From the NCBI RefSeq assembly GCF_036321535.1, contig NC_087469.1, positions 15,314,001 through 15,378,000 of the forward strand: a DNA stretch of 64,000 nucleotides. The letters are read 5' to 3'. Both the position numbers and the translations under genes were made by a program. Below, piece after piece: positions 13,386-25,259 of the stretch. The notes beneath the pieces were generated by a model. It made no database searches. It was not told where the DNA came from and worked only from the letters and a program-made list of their open reading frames with translations. Source of the DNA: Camelus dromedarius. Lineage: Eukaryota. Every line of letters starts with the position of its first letter. The first letter of the stretch is position 1.

Positions 13386-14244
13386 TGCTGCCCTTTCTCG
13401 TTGCGATTCCTAGTCGAGGAGACCATGTGTGGCATTTACTGTTCCTCGCCGGGGTCAGAGAGTGGGGAGAGAGGGTCTTTTTTTTAGGTTTTACTGGACT
13501 TGTCCTACTTGCGACCCATAAGCACATCGCAAGCCTCAGCCCACACACTGGACTGGCATGGGATTCAGTTGCTGAAAGGCTCCACCACTGTCTAACCCGT
13601 CTGGCTGTGAACCTTTAACAAAACACCGGAGACACATGTGAGGTGGTCATTGCCCACCTCCACGGCCGACAACACAGAGCCTGATCCCATCTGCCGGCTG
13701 CCACTCCGTGCTGAGTGGCTGGGGAGCGGCTGCAGCGGGGATGAGACTCCCCGAAGGGTCCAGGGTGCTCCTGTCCACACCTAGCGGTGCCAGCATCCTG
13801 GTCCAGCTGCGCAAAGTGGGGAGGCCCAGCGGAGACAAAACAGCTGTCAGGCAGAGCCATTCTGTTTGGGGTTTGTACACAGAGTTGTCAGTTCAGGTCT
13901 CCGGGTCAAAATCCATTTTATCTGCTAAAGTAGAAGCTTTGTAGAACAAAATGCCAGGCAGACGTCAAGGCTGGGCGGGGTGCAGAGCCCCAGGCCCAGC
14001 CCGGCCTGCCCCTCTCCGAGTCCTCTCACTGCAGACACTGGCCCTCGGTCTCCCCACGCCCCCCCCTCTCCTTTGAAGACTTTTGATGGGCCTCTTTCTG
14101 CCCCTTGACCACTAGAGAGGCAGGCAGTTCAAAGACGTGGCTCCCAGTCTCTGAAATCAAAGTCATCTTGCCTTGCGAGGCTGCAGAGGTCTTTTTGTTG
14201 CTGGTGTGGGTTTTGCTAAAGAGAAGCATTTGAAGGTAGGGAGG

Positions 14245-14345
14245 CTGAGAAAGAACTGGGAGCCTTAGTCTTTTATAAACAGAAGAAAACTGAGGCTCAG
14301 AAAAGGGAAATATTACCAGCAAGATTACTCCCAGAGATGAGTCAC
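14245..14345 (-). mobile_element. MIR fragment
   Basis: ACAGAAGAAAACTGAGGCTCAGAAAAGG is the antisense MIR core. Confidence 0.6.
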
Positions 14346-15817
14346 AGGCCCTCCCAGATGGCAAGGACCTTCCAAACAATTTCCTTGCTCCCTCTGCCCG
14401 GTAACCTGACTCTCCTCCAGCAGACAAGCCAATGGGGAGTCTCCTGCCACACGCAGTGGTGTTTTTCCTTCAGATCTCATTTCCTTTCACTGTTTTCAGC
14501 ATGTATGGGAACATTATATTCACCAATAATTAGGAATCGTATTAAAAACAGAAGGTGTGAATTGCACATGTTATGAAACAAATTAGATCCTCCAGAAAGT
14601 TTACAATCCCTTCAGACCCTAATCTCTCCTGTGCAGCCCCACGTCGGAGGCTGCATCTGGCCTCTTGCTGGGATATCTGCCTCGTTGTGGGCTGTTCTGC
14701 CTTGCTGGGGGCCACGGGGGAAATCAAAATGGCTTGGCGGAACCCTACTTTTTTCTGCTTCTGAGTTATTCTAGTTGACAGAGGAAAAGCATGAAGAAAG
14801 TTTCACCGTTTGGACATCCAAAGAGAAGAGGGAAGCAAACCTATGAAGGAAGCCTCAGTTACCTTACTTTTTCAAATGAGAGCATTGCTCTGATGTGTGT
14901 CCAATCGCCCACGTGGAGCCCGGCACACAGTCCATGAACCAGTCAGTAGAGGGTTGCACCTGAATTTCGACTTGAGATTTGATCAGAGTGCAAAGCTACA
15001 TCTCTTCCAGTTGGAAATGCCCTTGCACTCTTTCCCCAGACCCCCGATCTTCAGACACAGTGACTGATCTTAAGCTCCACACACACCCACATTGACCGTG
15101 AACCCGTGCCTCTCCTGACGGGGAGGACTCTGCACATCATCACATCATCATCTGTCAAGTATCATTACGACTGCATTCACCAAAGACTATCATAGTGTCC
15201 CCAAGACCTTGGGATGGCAGCAATAGAGAGGAAATTGCAATGGGAGGTCATTGCCAATGGCACATAACGCAGTGAAATATAAGAGACACCTTGTAGATTC
15301 CAGGCCAGGCAAGAAAACTTTCGCTGGAAAGACAGACTGTAAAGTATAAGAGAACTTCGGCAACATAAGAAAAAAAAAAAGTATAGAATTGGAGGTCTGC
15401 TAGCACTCCTAGCATTTGTTGAAAAAGCCTTTTGAGTACCAGCTGTGGCAGGGCTCAGAGCTCAACCTCGGAGCCACAGAGATGAATGGGTCTTTCCCTG
15501 AGGCTAACAGAAAGATGGACCGAATTGTAAACAGAAAATTAAAGCAGAGTGATGGAGATGAACACGACGCCACAGAGTCCGGCTTCTGCTGCCCTCCAGC
15601 CTCGTCTCTTCCCGCCCTCCCTCCGGCTCAGTTTCTGCACTTTCTCTATCTCTTCCAGGCCCTTCCCTCGCTAGGGCCTCTCCACTTGCCCACCTCTCTG
15701 CCCGGTCTTCTCTTCCTCTGGGGATCTGCGTGGCTTGCCCCCTCACGGTCTTCAGATCTTTACCCACATGTCGCCTTTTCCAGAGAACCTCCCTTGACCA
15801 CTTGATATGAAAAGGGA

Positions 15818-15837
15818 TGTGTGTGTGTGTGTGTGTG
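15818..15837. repeat. (TG)10 microsatellite
   Basis: Directly visible. Confidence 0.95.
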
Positions 15838-15939
15838 ACCGAATCACTATGTTGTGCACCAGAAATGAACACATTGTAAACTGACTCTACTTCAAGTAAA
15901 AAAAATTTTTTAAAGGAATTATGCCACCACCCACATGAC

Positions 15940-16145
15940 CTTCAAACCTCTCCCCTCCTTTATCTCCCTCCACTGCACTCATTATCTAACTTACCAAATC
16001 TGTTGTTTATTTTATTTTTTATCCCGACTCCCCTCATCAGCACCTAAGTTCCATGACGGCAAGACCCTCTGTTCTGGTTACTGCGGTGTCTGCAGTTCCC
16101 AGTACGTAACAGACATTGATAAATACTGATTAAACAGATGAATCT
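15940..16145 (+). mobile_element. L2 3' end
   Basis: CACCTAAGTTCCATGACGGCAAG...GATAAATACTGATTAAACAGATGAAT is an L2a-type tail. Confidence 0.7.
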
Positions 16146-16232
16146 AGGTGGACATTCCAGTTGGTAGCTTCTAAATTCACACATACTAAAGAGCTAAAGA
16201 GATTTTTGTGATCATTTTGTCCAACCAAAAGC

Positions 16233-16473
16233 AGGGGCTCTGGAGCCAGACTGCCTGGGTTCAAACCTGAGCTCCATCACTGGATAGCTGTGTGACCTTT
16301 GGCAAGTCATGCAACCTCTCTGTGCCTCAGTTTTCTCATATGTAACATGGGGGAAGTAACAGTGACCTTCTCATAGGGTTGTTATGAAGATTGATTATAA
16401 TTATACAAAATTCTTAGAATAGGCATGGTTTAAGGTAAGCATCATAGAAGCATTCACTATTTTTATTATTATT
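16233..16473 (+). mobile_element. MIR SINE, near full length
   Basis: TGGAGCCAGACTGCCTGGGTTCAAACC...TGTGTGACCTTTGGCAAGTCA...CTCTGTGCCTCAGTTTTCTCATATGTAACATGGG, ending in a (TTA)n tail. Confidence 0.9.
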
Positions 16474-16517
16474 AAGAAAAACAAAAGCTATGAGAGTTAA
16501 GTAACTTGCTCTAAACC

Positions 16518-16840
16518 ATTCACTCATTCATCCATTCATTGAACAAATTTAAGTGTCTCCTGTTACCAGAACCTGGGGATTCTGCAACAGATTAAATATG
16601 ACAGTTCTTTCTTTTGTGAAACCTGTAACCTAAGTAGAGAGTTGAATGTTGAACATAGAGTCATGTAAATATTTATTCACAATTTAGATGAGCGCTATGA
16701 AGATATAGGGCCCCGTGATCCTGAGGGATGGGAGACCTACTCCGTATTCTCCAGGTGCTGAGGGGAAACGGGGAGGCATCCTTGGAGAAATGGCATACAA
16801 GCTGAGATCTGAAGGCTGAGCAGAAATGAGCCAATGGGGC
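16518..16840 (-). mobile_element. L2 fragment (antisense)
   Basis: CATTCACTCATTCATCCATTCATTGAACAAAT tail and GCTGAGATCTGAAGG core. Confidence 0.65.
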
Positions 16841-17429
16841 AGGGAAGGGAGAAGAAGGAGTTAACAGGAATGGTGGACCTAAAATCCAGATCCCAGCTGG
16901 GGGCTCTTTCCATCATGGGTTTATAGCCATGGGATTGAGTGTGGACATTCTCGCCAGCCTGACATGTTCTCAGAGCAAGAGAGCAAGAAAGACTCTTTGT
17001 AGTTGCAGAAGACACCAGGCACAGTACATAGTGCATCCAGGGTGCCCCAGGGTGAAGGCTCAACCTGCTGCACACCAGCTCATGGGACGTGGCTCTGGTG
17101 ATGAGGTGGTGGTCTCCGGTCAGACATGCACCCCCCACACATGCACCCCCTGGGTAATTTAACAACTGAGACTGGACTCTGTTGACTGGGGTCGTAACAG
17201 TCCATCTCCGTGGGGTCTTCCACTCTTTCAGGAGCGAGGCATCTCCTGGGAGGCCTGGAGGAGGCGGGGATGCATTTTGTTCTCCATAAACCCAGAAGAG
17301 GCAGCATCCCAACCTCAGAGATGACCTTTTGCAACTATTGTCTCAGCATTGGTGGAAATGGCTGTGCAAGGGGCTGAGGCATCTCCGTTGTAAAACACGT
17401 GGTTAAAATATGCATTAATCCCGGGGAGG

Positions 17430-17571
17430 NNNNNNNNNNNNNNNNNNNNNNNNNNNNNNNNNNNNNNNNNNNNNNNNNNNNNNNNNNNNNNNNNNNNNNN
17501 NNNNNNNNNNNNNNNNNNNNNNNNNNNNNNNNNNNNNNNNNNNNNNNNNNNNNNNNNNNNNNNNNNNNNNN
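17430..17571. other. N-run, 142 nt (unknown sequence)
   Basis: Directly visible. Confidence 0.99.
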
Positions 17572-17689
17572 GAAGGTTGCAGAGCAGCAGTTCCAAGGGT
17601 TGTAAAAGATAAAACATTTCAGAGTCATTAAAATCACCCTAAATTGTCAACCTGAACTCAGAGCAACAAACCTAACTCAGTCCTGAGTC

Positions 17690-18080
17690 TATCACCGGGC
17701 AGGCTTTTCTTTATGGTGCGTCAGTGCCCTGGAACCGACATACGGTTCAATCTTCTACTCCCAGGAGCACCCAGGCTTTGTAAAGACCCCCTCTGTGGAC
17801 ACGGATTCTGCCTGCTTAGGAAGGGAAAGGGGGCAGCTGTTTGATGGGTATCCAGCCCCTGGGATAAAGGCGTTTATTTAAAAGAAGAGTAAGGGGTCAA
17901 CCAAGGAGTACTTTGCAGAGAAGGGATCGTCTGGGGGGAGTTTTTAGGCTTTTTTGGATTGGAGGCTAGCAAGTAAAAAGGTATTGAAATCCTTGATTGG
18001 GACTTTGTAGTTGTCCATCTGGGTGACTTGATAAGCCTGTGCTCAGACTTGGGGTCAGTGGGGAGTTTCCACGATACATC
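17690..18080 (-). mobile_element. Possible old ERV LTR fragment
   Basis: Composition and TTGGATTGG/TTGATTGG motifs resemble an antisense old ERV LTR. Family not recognised. Confidence 0.25.
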
Positions 18081-18134
18081 CTACTATGATTTACTAAGAA
18101 CTTACCAAGGCTCAGACTCCTGTGGAGGGACTGT

Positions 18135-18290
18135 CATAAACGAACCGATTCAATTCTCAGAGCAATCCCATGAGGGAAATAAGAGTATTCCCATTTCATG
18201 GATGATGAAATTGAGCAAGTTTCTCAGCCCCTCCAAGGCTCAAAAATCACATGGCTAATAAGGCAGCTGGGCTGGGCCCCAAAGCCCAGA
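18135..18290 (-). mobile_element. MIR fragment
   Basis: TTCTCAGAGCAATCCCATGAGGGAAATAAGAGTATTCCCATTTCATGGATGATGAAATTGAG is an antisense MIR. Confidence 0.65.
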
Positions 18291-21200
18291 GAACCAATCT
18301 ACATTCACACGTCAGCCGCGACCTGCCCCGCGTCCCGGGAAACAGTAATAGTCACTCTGATGGAACGCAGTGCGTTTTCAGCACTTCAGGCCCCACTTAG
18401 CTGGTGGAGGTAACACCTCTGATGGAGTGTCGCTGTCCTCCAATGATACCGAGAGCACAAGGAGCCCAGCAGTCGCTCTGGGCTGGACCCCTGGGCTTAG
18501 CACCGAGCAGGACAGAAAGACATGTATTCCAACGGTCAGAAGGAAGGAAGGTAGGGTGGGTCTTCCCTACCTTCCCCTCTGCAACTGCCCTGGGCCACTG
18601 TTCCTCCCCTTGTGTTTCATCCTCTGTGGGGGAGAAAGTCTTGGTGATTAGAAGGAGGTGAGGAGGAAGGGATGGGAGGCAGGGAAGCAGCGAGAAGCAG
18701 GAAGCTCCAAGGGGTGACAGCTCAGAGGCACTGCTGATGACAATGATGACTACGGGTTTCCAGGTCCACCCGTCCTCTCCAAGTAGGAGCCGCCGAGGCG
18801 GAAGGAGGCACCCGAAGAACAGGCAGTCTGCATGTTGAGCTGCTTTTTTGAAAGTGGCATTGCGGTCACACTCAGAAAACAGTTTCTCACCCGGAATAAG
18901 ACACTGACATTTGTCTAATTAAAAAACCAAATGGAGATTTTGCAGACAGAGGGAAGCCGCCAATACATCTGCTGGTGAAGTCTCCATCTGGCCCAATCCA
19001 ACGTGGACGCTGGTGCAGAGACAGAGCAGGGCATTCTAGCATTAAGACTGCCCAGCCATTAAATTACCTCCACGCCTTGCTGGCCATCGACAGCCAGAGA
19101 AAGGGAGGCTCAGCCCAGATTTGTGTCTGCCCCACTCCCTTCCCTGCAAGAGGAAGGATTTGTCATGTGGGCAAACTCCCAGGACGCAGCAGGAGGTGGG
19201 GGTGGGGGGCAGAGGGAGGACTGTGAAGGAACATGGCTCCTCTTCTGGACCCAGTGGCCAGTGGGACATTGTAATGAGAACAGCACATGGGAAGACTTTG
19301 TAGAGACCAGGAAAGAAGCCCTGGAGAGTTGCTTCCAGCCCCAGGCACCTAAGGAGAACCCCAAATCATCATTCAGAGCCCGAGCAAGAGCAGGGCAGAG
19401 TCGAGAAGCCTAGAAAAAGTGAGTCGAGCCTCCAGAAAGCCAGTCTGGAGACCAGTCCTTTCAGAAAGACGGGGTAGGATGGACGCATAGGCAGCCATTA
19501 GCACAGTCACCTTCCCCAGAGATGCTCAAGTCCACACCTCCAGCAGGCTGACCTGGCCCAGCGGGGCTCTCGGGATGTAAAGGTGCTGCCAGGTGCGTAG
19601 AGCTGGTCTCCCCGCCCCGCCTCTCCTGTCTCTTCACCCCTCTGGGCCCTGTCGGTAGCCATCTGAGGCATTGCTCCATTTCCCTCCACACTAATCGCCC
19701 CTTTCCATCTCACACTCCTCCAGCGAGTTTGCGCGAAGATTTTGGCAGTTTCAGTGGCCCCAGCCCTGAGCACCTCTCCCACTAGGCATGAACCAAGAGG
19801 ACATCACACACACACACAAAACAGGCAAGCCACCATGAGCTGCGAGACAGGAATAACTCAGCCTGCCTGTTAGTTTGGAGGAAGACCTTGATGAACAGAG
19901 AAAGGAAGAAGCACTGTGCCTCGATCCAAGAGGCCAGGCTGTGTAGCCGTGGGGCCCCTGCCCCTGCCATTCATTAGGTTTCAAGGTCTTTGTTTTGAAT
20001 CTAGGCACCACAAAGCATCCTGCTGTATCAGCCTAATTACCAGCCTCTCTCTTGGTTCCCACTGGCGTGGCAGGTGAAGCGTAGCCAAGACAGACTTGAT
20101 GCAATAATGGAACCTAGTGATGAACTTGACTCATTATCATAACTACCAGTACCATTTTCTCTTGATGACCTACTAGGGGGTGCTGAGTCGTGACATCTGG
20201 GGTGAGCTAATCAGTCAAGGCAGGCAAGAGGCAGTCTTAAGGGAACCACCAGCTCCCTTGAAAAGGCTCTCAGCCAAGCAAACACAGTTAACAGGAGTGG
20301 GTGGTAGGCAGGTGAAGTTTAGAATGCACCTCTGACCTTAACTACCCAACAAGATGCGAATGGCCCTGCGAATCTCGCCCAGCTCCCAACATCTCCATGA
20401 GCTATCCGGGATCAGCAGTGACTCCCAGACACGGTTGGAGAATGTAGTTCACTCTCTGAGACCCGTTCTATTCCTCCTCCATTGAATAGCAGCAATACTC
20501 TTTGGGGAAATGGCCAGCTGGTCACTCCCTGGATAAGACTGACTGGTCTGAGGGCTCTCCACCCCCTGAATAGTAATCAGTTCAGAGCTGGGCTGGTGCC
20601 CCTCTTTGGACCCGTGAGGCGCAGGGCTGCCGAGGCTGCTTGGGAGCGCATGTCACTCTTAAGAGAGAGTGATGGGAAGCCACACACACACTCTCTCTCT
20701 GGATATAAACCCAGAATCACGTTGCCAAGGTTGATGTCGGCAGCTCTCTGAGGCCATCCATGGTAGAAGGGGCCAAGACAAAGAGGGAGAAATAGACCCT
20801 GTGCCTTCCTTCAACAGTACCTCGCTCTGAACTTCTGGTTATGTTGGCAACATTTTTTTTTATGGCTTTAGACAACTGGAGTCAGTTTCTGCTACTTGAA
20901 GCCCAAAGAATACTTCTGGAAGAAGAAGAACCTCCTTCCATGTCTGCCTGGGAAGACTAGTGCTGACCAAAGACACTGGAAGTGACCTAGCAGAAGAGAG
21001 GACACATGGACCGTAAGGGCTGCAAAGCCAAGGAGGAGCGTCTGTGACTGGGGCCCGTATCCATGCTTCGGAGGGGGCTCCGTCCTGGGCAGCACATTAC
21101 TCCACACTCAGGAGGAACAGGTCAGCCCTCCCTCCTTCGAGTACCATCAATCAGGAGCACTAGGGGAGGCTATGTTTTGCTCCCCACTCCTGGGCCCCCG

Positions 21201-21574
21201 CCCCCTTTGCCATGTGACTTGTAGTGTTCCCTGTAGGCGCGGTTTTCTTCCTCACCTCTTAGTCTGGCTTACACTGGCCCCTGCTTTAGCACTCGCTTTG
21301 GCTGATGGTATACAAGTAAATAAGATACATGCCACGTGTGAGCAGACGCTTGGAAGGTAGGTGTCTGATTGGCGTGGCCAATTTCTGCCCTCAGTCATGA
21401 GAAAGAAACGTCTTCGATAGGTGCTCCTCCTTCAACCAGGACCCTAAAATGAAGTGACGTGGAGGAGAGGCCCAGCTGACCCACAGCCCCCCGGTGACAT
21501 TAACGAGAGGTCAGTATTTCCTGCTGGAGGCCACTGAGATGCTAAAGTTGTCTGCTATGGCAGCCAAGCTAAGA

Positions 21575-21695
21575 CGAGTGTACATGAAGCACGACTACAT
21601 GTTTAGAACTCTGCAGAGTGATTTGGAAGACACAGAACTATGAGGCACGGTTTCTGTTCTCAGAAAGTTCATAGACACAGTAAGCTCCAGAAAGA
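21575..21695 (-). mobile_element. L2 fragment (antisense)
   Basis: GAAGACACAGAACTATGAGGCACGGTTTCTGTTCTCAGAAAGTTCATAG resembles the antisense L2 tail region. Confidence 0.45.
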
Positions 21696-21997
21696 ATGAT
21701 GGAGAGTACAAAATTCAGGGAAACATTAGACACAGAGACTGTGGGGGGGGGGGCCATCAGAATTCAGAAGAAAGGAGACCAGACACGACTACTCTCGCTT
21801 GGACAATCTTCAAAAATGGACAGGACTTGGAAAGTCCCGGGCAGGCTTCACTGCAGGTGGATGCCAAGGCCTGAACAGCGGAAGATTCTCCAAGCACCTT
21901 GCCAGGTGGCCTCGGTGAAAGGAGGGGCGTCGTAAATGCCTGGGTAGCATGCCCGCCACTTTTCCTCCTGCCTGCTGGAGGCGAAGAAGCTGAGACT

Positions 21998-22137
21998 NNN
22001 NNNNNNNNNNNNNNNNNNNNNNNNNNNNNNNNNNNNNNNNNNNNNNNNNNNNNNNNNNNNNNNNNNNNNNNNNNNNNNNNNNNNNNNNNNNNNNNNNNNN
22101 NNNNNNNNNNNNNNNNNNNNNNNNNNNNNNNNNNNNN
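21998..22137. other. N-run, 140 nt (unknown sequence)
   Basis: Directly visible. Confidence 0.99.
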
Positions 22138-23204
22138 CAGTCTTGCCAAATGTATGTTGAAAAGTAGCACAAAATTAGACAATCACCATCTTAATTTTGT
22201 ACATTCATAGCACATCTGTGGGTCAGTGCAAACACCACAAACAACTCAGCATGTGATAACCTGACATCCCCCTAAGACTCTGACCTTAAAAACCAACGTT
22301 CCTTAATTAGGCCTTTCCTTCCCCTTCTGCCCTTGGGGAGAAGGGATTGTTATGAAAAAGATATGATTGCACCATATTGAAGTTCACCAGGCATCTCAAA
22401 TGGTTTGGGCTTGATAAAAAATAGCAGATTTCATTGCTGGAAACTTCCTTCCAGAATTTGTAAGCACCATGTGGCTACCAAGGGGAATTTCATCTGTATG
22501 TTTCTGATTCCTTTACACTTAAATCATTAAAAGATTTTTGAGGGTTTTGAAGTCCAAAAACTCTCCGGAGCCACTCTCTTCCCCCCAGCATATTTTTCAT
22601 TTCTTTTCATAAAATTTAGGAAATTGAATTCTAGCTCTAAATTTAAAAGAAAAGAAAAAGCAGCTGCTTGTCAATGATAGTGGCTAAGGATTAAAATCTG
22701 ACTTCTAAACATTTGTCCTGGGGTCCATCCATCTGATGAATGTTTATTTATTCTCACTGGGCCCATATCTCAGATGGTAGAGATCTGACCAATTACGATT
22801 CTGGAAAAGAGGTCAGGAAATACATACTTTGCTTTACTCCTTGTAGTATACAGTTTTGTCCAAGACAAATCAAGATAGTCGGCTTGAATGGAGAGAGCAG
22901 AACTGTGATCTTATGAGCTGGATAAGGCCTAGAGTACCATTTATTCAAGTCTTTACCAGAGCAGGGCAAGGCCCAGCTTGACAGTTTTTAAGTCTCTTCC
23001 TGTGTTCTGTCCTGGTAGTTGATATTGCTTTAGCTGCACTGTATTCAACTTCTTCTTTATTATAGTTGACATAACCTGATCTTACTCTTAGGTAAAAGCA
23101 TTTCCCGTTTTCCCATTCCCCTGAGAGGCCTGAACCCAATCTTGAAATGGATCATACTAAGTGTTTGCAAATATCAAACGGTTTCACAAAGGATCCAGTG
23201 TGCA

Positions 23205-23320
23205 ATGCAGGCTCCATGATGGTGAAGGCCTCATCTGTCTTCTTCCTGGAGCATCCTCCAGGCCCAGAGCAGTGTCTGGCACATACAGATGATGAGAAGT
23301 ATTTGTTAAATGAATGAATA
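23205..23320 (+). mobile_element. L2 3' end
   Basis: AGAGCAGTGTCTGGCACATACAG...TATTTGTTAAATGAATGAATAA. Confidence 0.7.
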
Positions 23321-23546
23321 AGAGTCTAATCATATGAAAAATACATTCAACCTGTTCACAGCACTTCCATGCCGACGGATGAATTGTGGTCTGAATGGGT
23401 AACATAGGAAAAGCCATCCCTAGTTCACTTACAAAGCAGCTGAGGCAAGTAACTTAAGTTCTTACAGCCAGTCAATGGGAAAACCAGAGTAGACGTCAAG
23501 TCACCTGATTCTTAGAATGTGCTATTTTTTTTTTTTTCACGTAGAT

Positions 23547-23723
23547 CGGTGTTTCTGAAGGTTTAGCATGCCTCAAGACCACCTGGAGGATTTATTGAAA
23601 CACAAATTGCTGAGCTCCAGCCCCAGAGTATTAATTAAGCAGGTCTGGGGGAGGCCTGGAATCTGCATTTTCACTAAGTTCCCAGGTGATACTGGTCCTG
23701 GGGCCACACTTTGAGAACCACTC
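23547..23723 (-). mobile_element. MER5A (hAT-Charlie MITE)
   Basis: Termini CGGTGTTTCTGAAG / CTTTGAGAACCACT, with internal CACCTGGAGG, CTGCATTTTCACTAAGTTCCCAGGTGAT and GGCCACACTTTGAGAACCAC. Confidence 0.85.
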
Positions 23724-24044
23724 ATTAAGATCATATCTCATGAAGGGCAAAACAAAGGCCTAAGATAGAGAGACTCTTCTGAACATGCCGTGAGCCTACA
23801 ACTAGGCTGCCAAACTCAGCTAATCAGTGTAGAAAGCCAGGCTGTGAGGTTTAATTCCAGAAGCCTTTTGAAGCCTTTTTCCCTCTTCATTTCATTACTT
23901 TTTACCTACAAAGTAAAACAAACACTCAAAATCACTAATCTAGATCATGGGATGGGGGAGTTCCAATTTAGGAATATTCCAACTTAGAATCAATGTTAGT
24001 TGGAATTTTACTGAGTGCGAGCTCAGGTCCTGAGTAGAAACTTC

Positions 24045-24150
24045 AGAGCTGGAAAGGTCATGAGCGATCACTTGGTCCAACCTTCTCATTTTCACATCTG
24101 TAGAAGGAAACTGAAGGTTTAGACAGGTGACTCTGCCTGGCCCAGCATCC
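24045..24150 (-). mobile_element. MIR (MIRc/MIR3-like) fragment
   Basis: GGTCCAACCTTCTCATTTTCACATC...GGAAACTGAAGG. Confidence 0.55.
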
Positions 24151-24265
24151 CGGGTTCTCCTTAAGGCTGAGGCTTCAGCTGTGGGCCAATTCCAAGGGAG
24201 GCACGGCTGCCCCCAGCCTGCTTCTCCGGTAGCGGCTCCAGTTGGTTCTTTGCAGACTTATGTTT

Positions 24266-24893
24266 TGTGGGTAATGAGTAATGATGAACTCGAGTAATCT
24301 GGTTCTTGTGTGAGGTTTCTGGTGGCTGCCATTGAGGTTGGAAGCCCCATAAAAAGACTGGCAGGACCCCCAGGCAGGGCCCCTACTCTCCTGCCAGCAC
24401 CATCCAGTTCCCTGACCCAGAGGCTCTATCTCACTTTTTGCCTCTGAAAGAGCTTACTTACCCCTAAAATTCTACTGGTTCCCTGAGCTCACTCCTGATT
24501 GGTTATTTCCTTCACTCCTGATTGGTTATTTCCTTCACTCCTGATTGGTCCATTTCCCTAACTTCTGATTGGTCCATTTGTAGTACTTCATTTGCATGGA
24601 GTTCACTCCCGATTGGTTATTTCTCTCCCTCCTGATTGGTCCATTTCTACAAAGCTTGTTCTTAATTAGTCCACTTCTGTTATGCCTTATTTGCATATGA
24701 TGTTGCAAAGTGTAAACTGGCAGCGTATAATAGCCTGTGTAAACCTACAGACGGGGTCCAGAGCTTGGAGTGTTAACGCCTCTGGGCCTGCTGGCATACT
24801 AAACCTGAGTTCTCCAACTCTCTGAGTGCTGCTTGGTCTCTCGCCTGGATCCAGGTTGCTGTCACAACTGAGCTGTAACACTGAGCTATAACA
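24266..24893 (+). mobile_element. Solo ERV LTR (ERV1-like) with tandem CCAAT array
   Basis: U3-like 23-24 bp repeats each containing GATTGG, two ATTTGCAT octamers, TATAA at 24726, ACTAAA (polyA-signal-like) near 24798, and a 3' end GCTGTAACA/GCTATAACA with terminal CA. The 5' boundary is uncertain. Confidence 0.75.
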
Positions 24894-25259
24894 CATTTTT
24901 TCTGCAACACCATGACTTCTGAGGGCAGCAGATACTCATTTTTGTGCCCTCCACTAATTTCCTAAGCTGAGGGACGTACGTCAAAGTCGGGGTGACGTTT
25001 CTGGAGAATGGGATGATAGAAGCACTGGGGTGTCTGCTCCTCTCTCCAGTCTTGCTGTGCCTCTGCGAGTCGCTGATCTCTCACTCGGGATGTGATTATG
25101 CAGCTTACAGGGGCGGCAAGACTTGGCTGGTGCGACTCATCTCCTCAAGCCGTGTGCGTGTGTGTTATGCATTCTCAGAAATACGAAGTTAGCGCATTAT
25201 GATATACGTGCGGAAGACAGACCCATGGCGTAGCAGTGGAAGGACACACGACTCGAGTG

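Noticed and set aside
24491-24650. 23-24 bp direct repeats as a possible CRISPR array
   Set aside because: The units are head-to-tail with no unique spacers, they lie in an LTR U3 region, and the DNA is mammalian.
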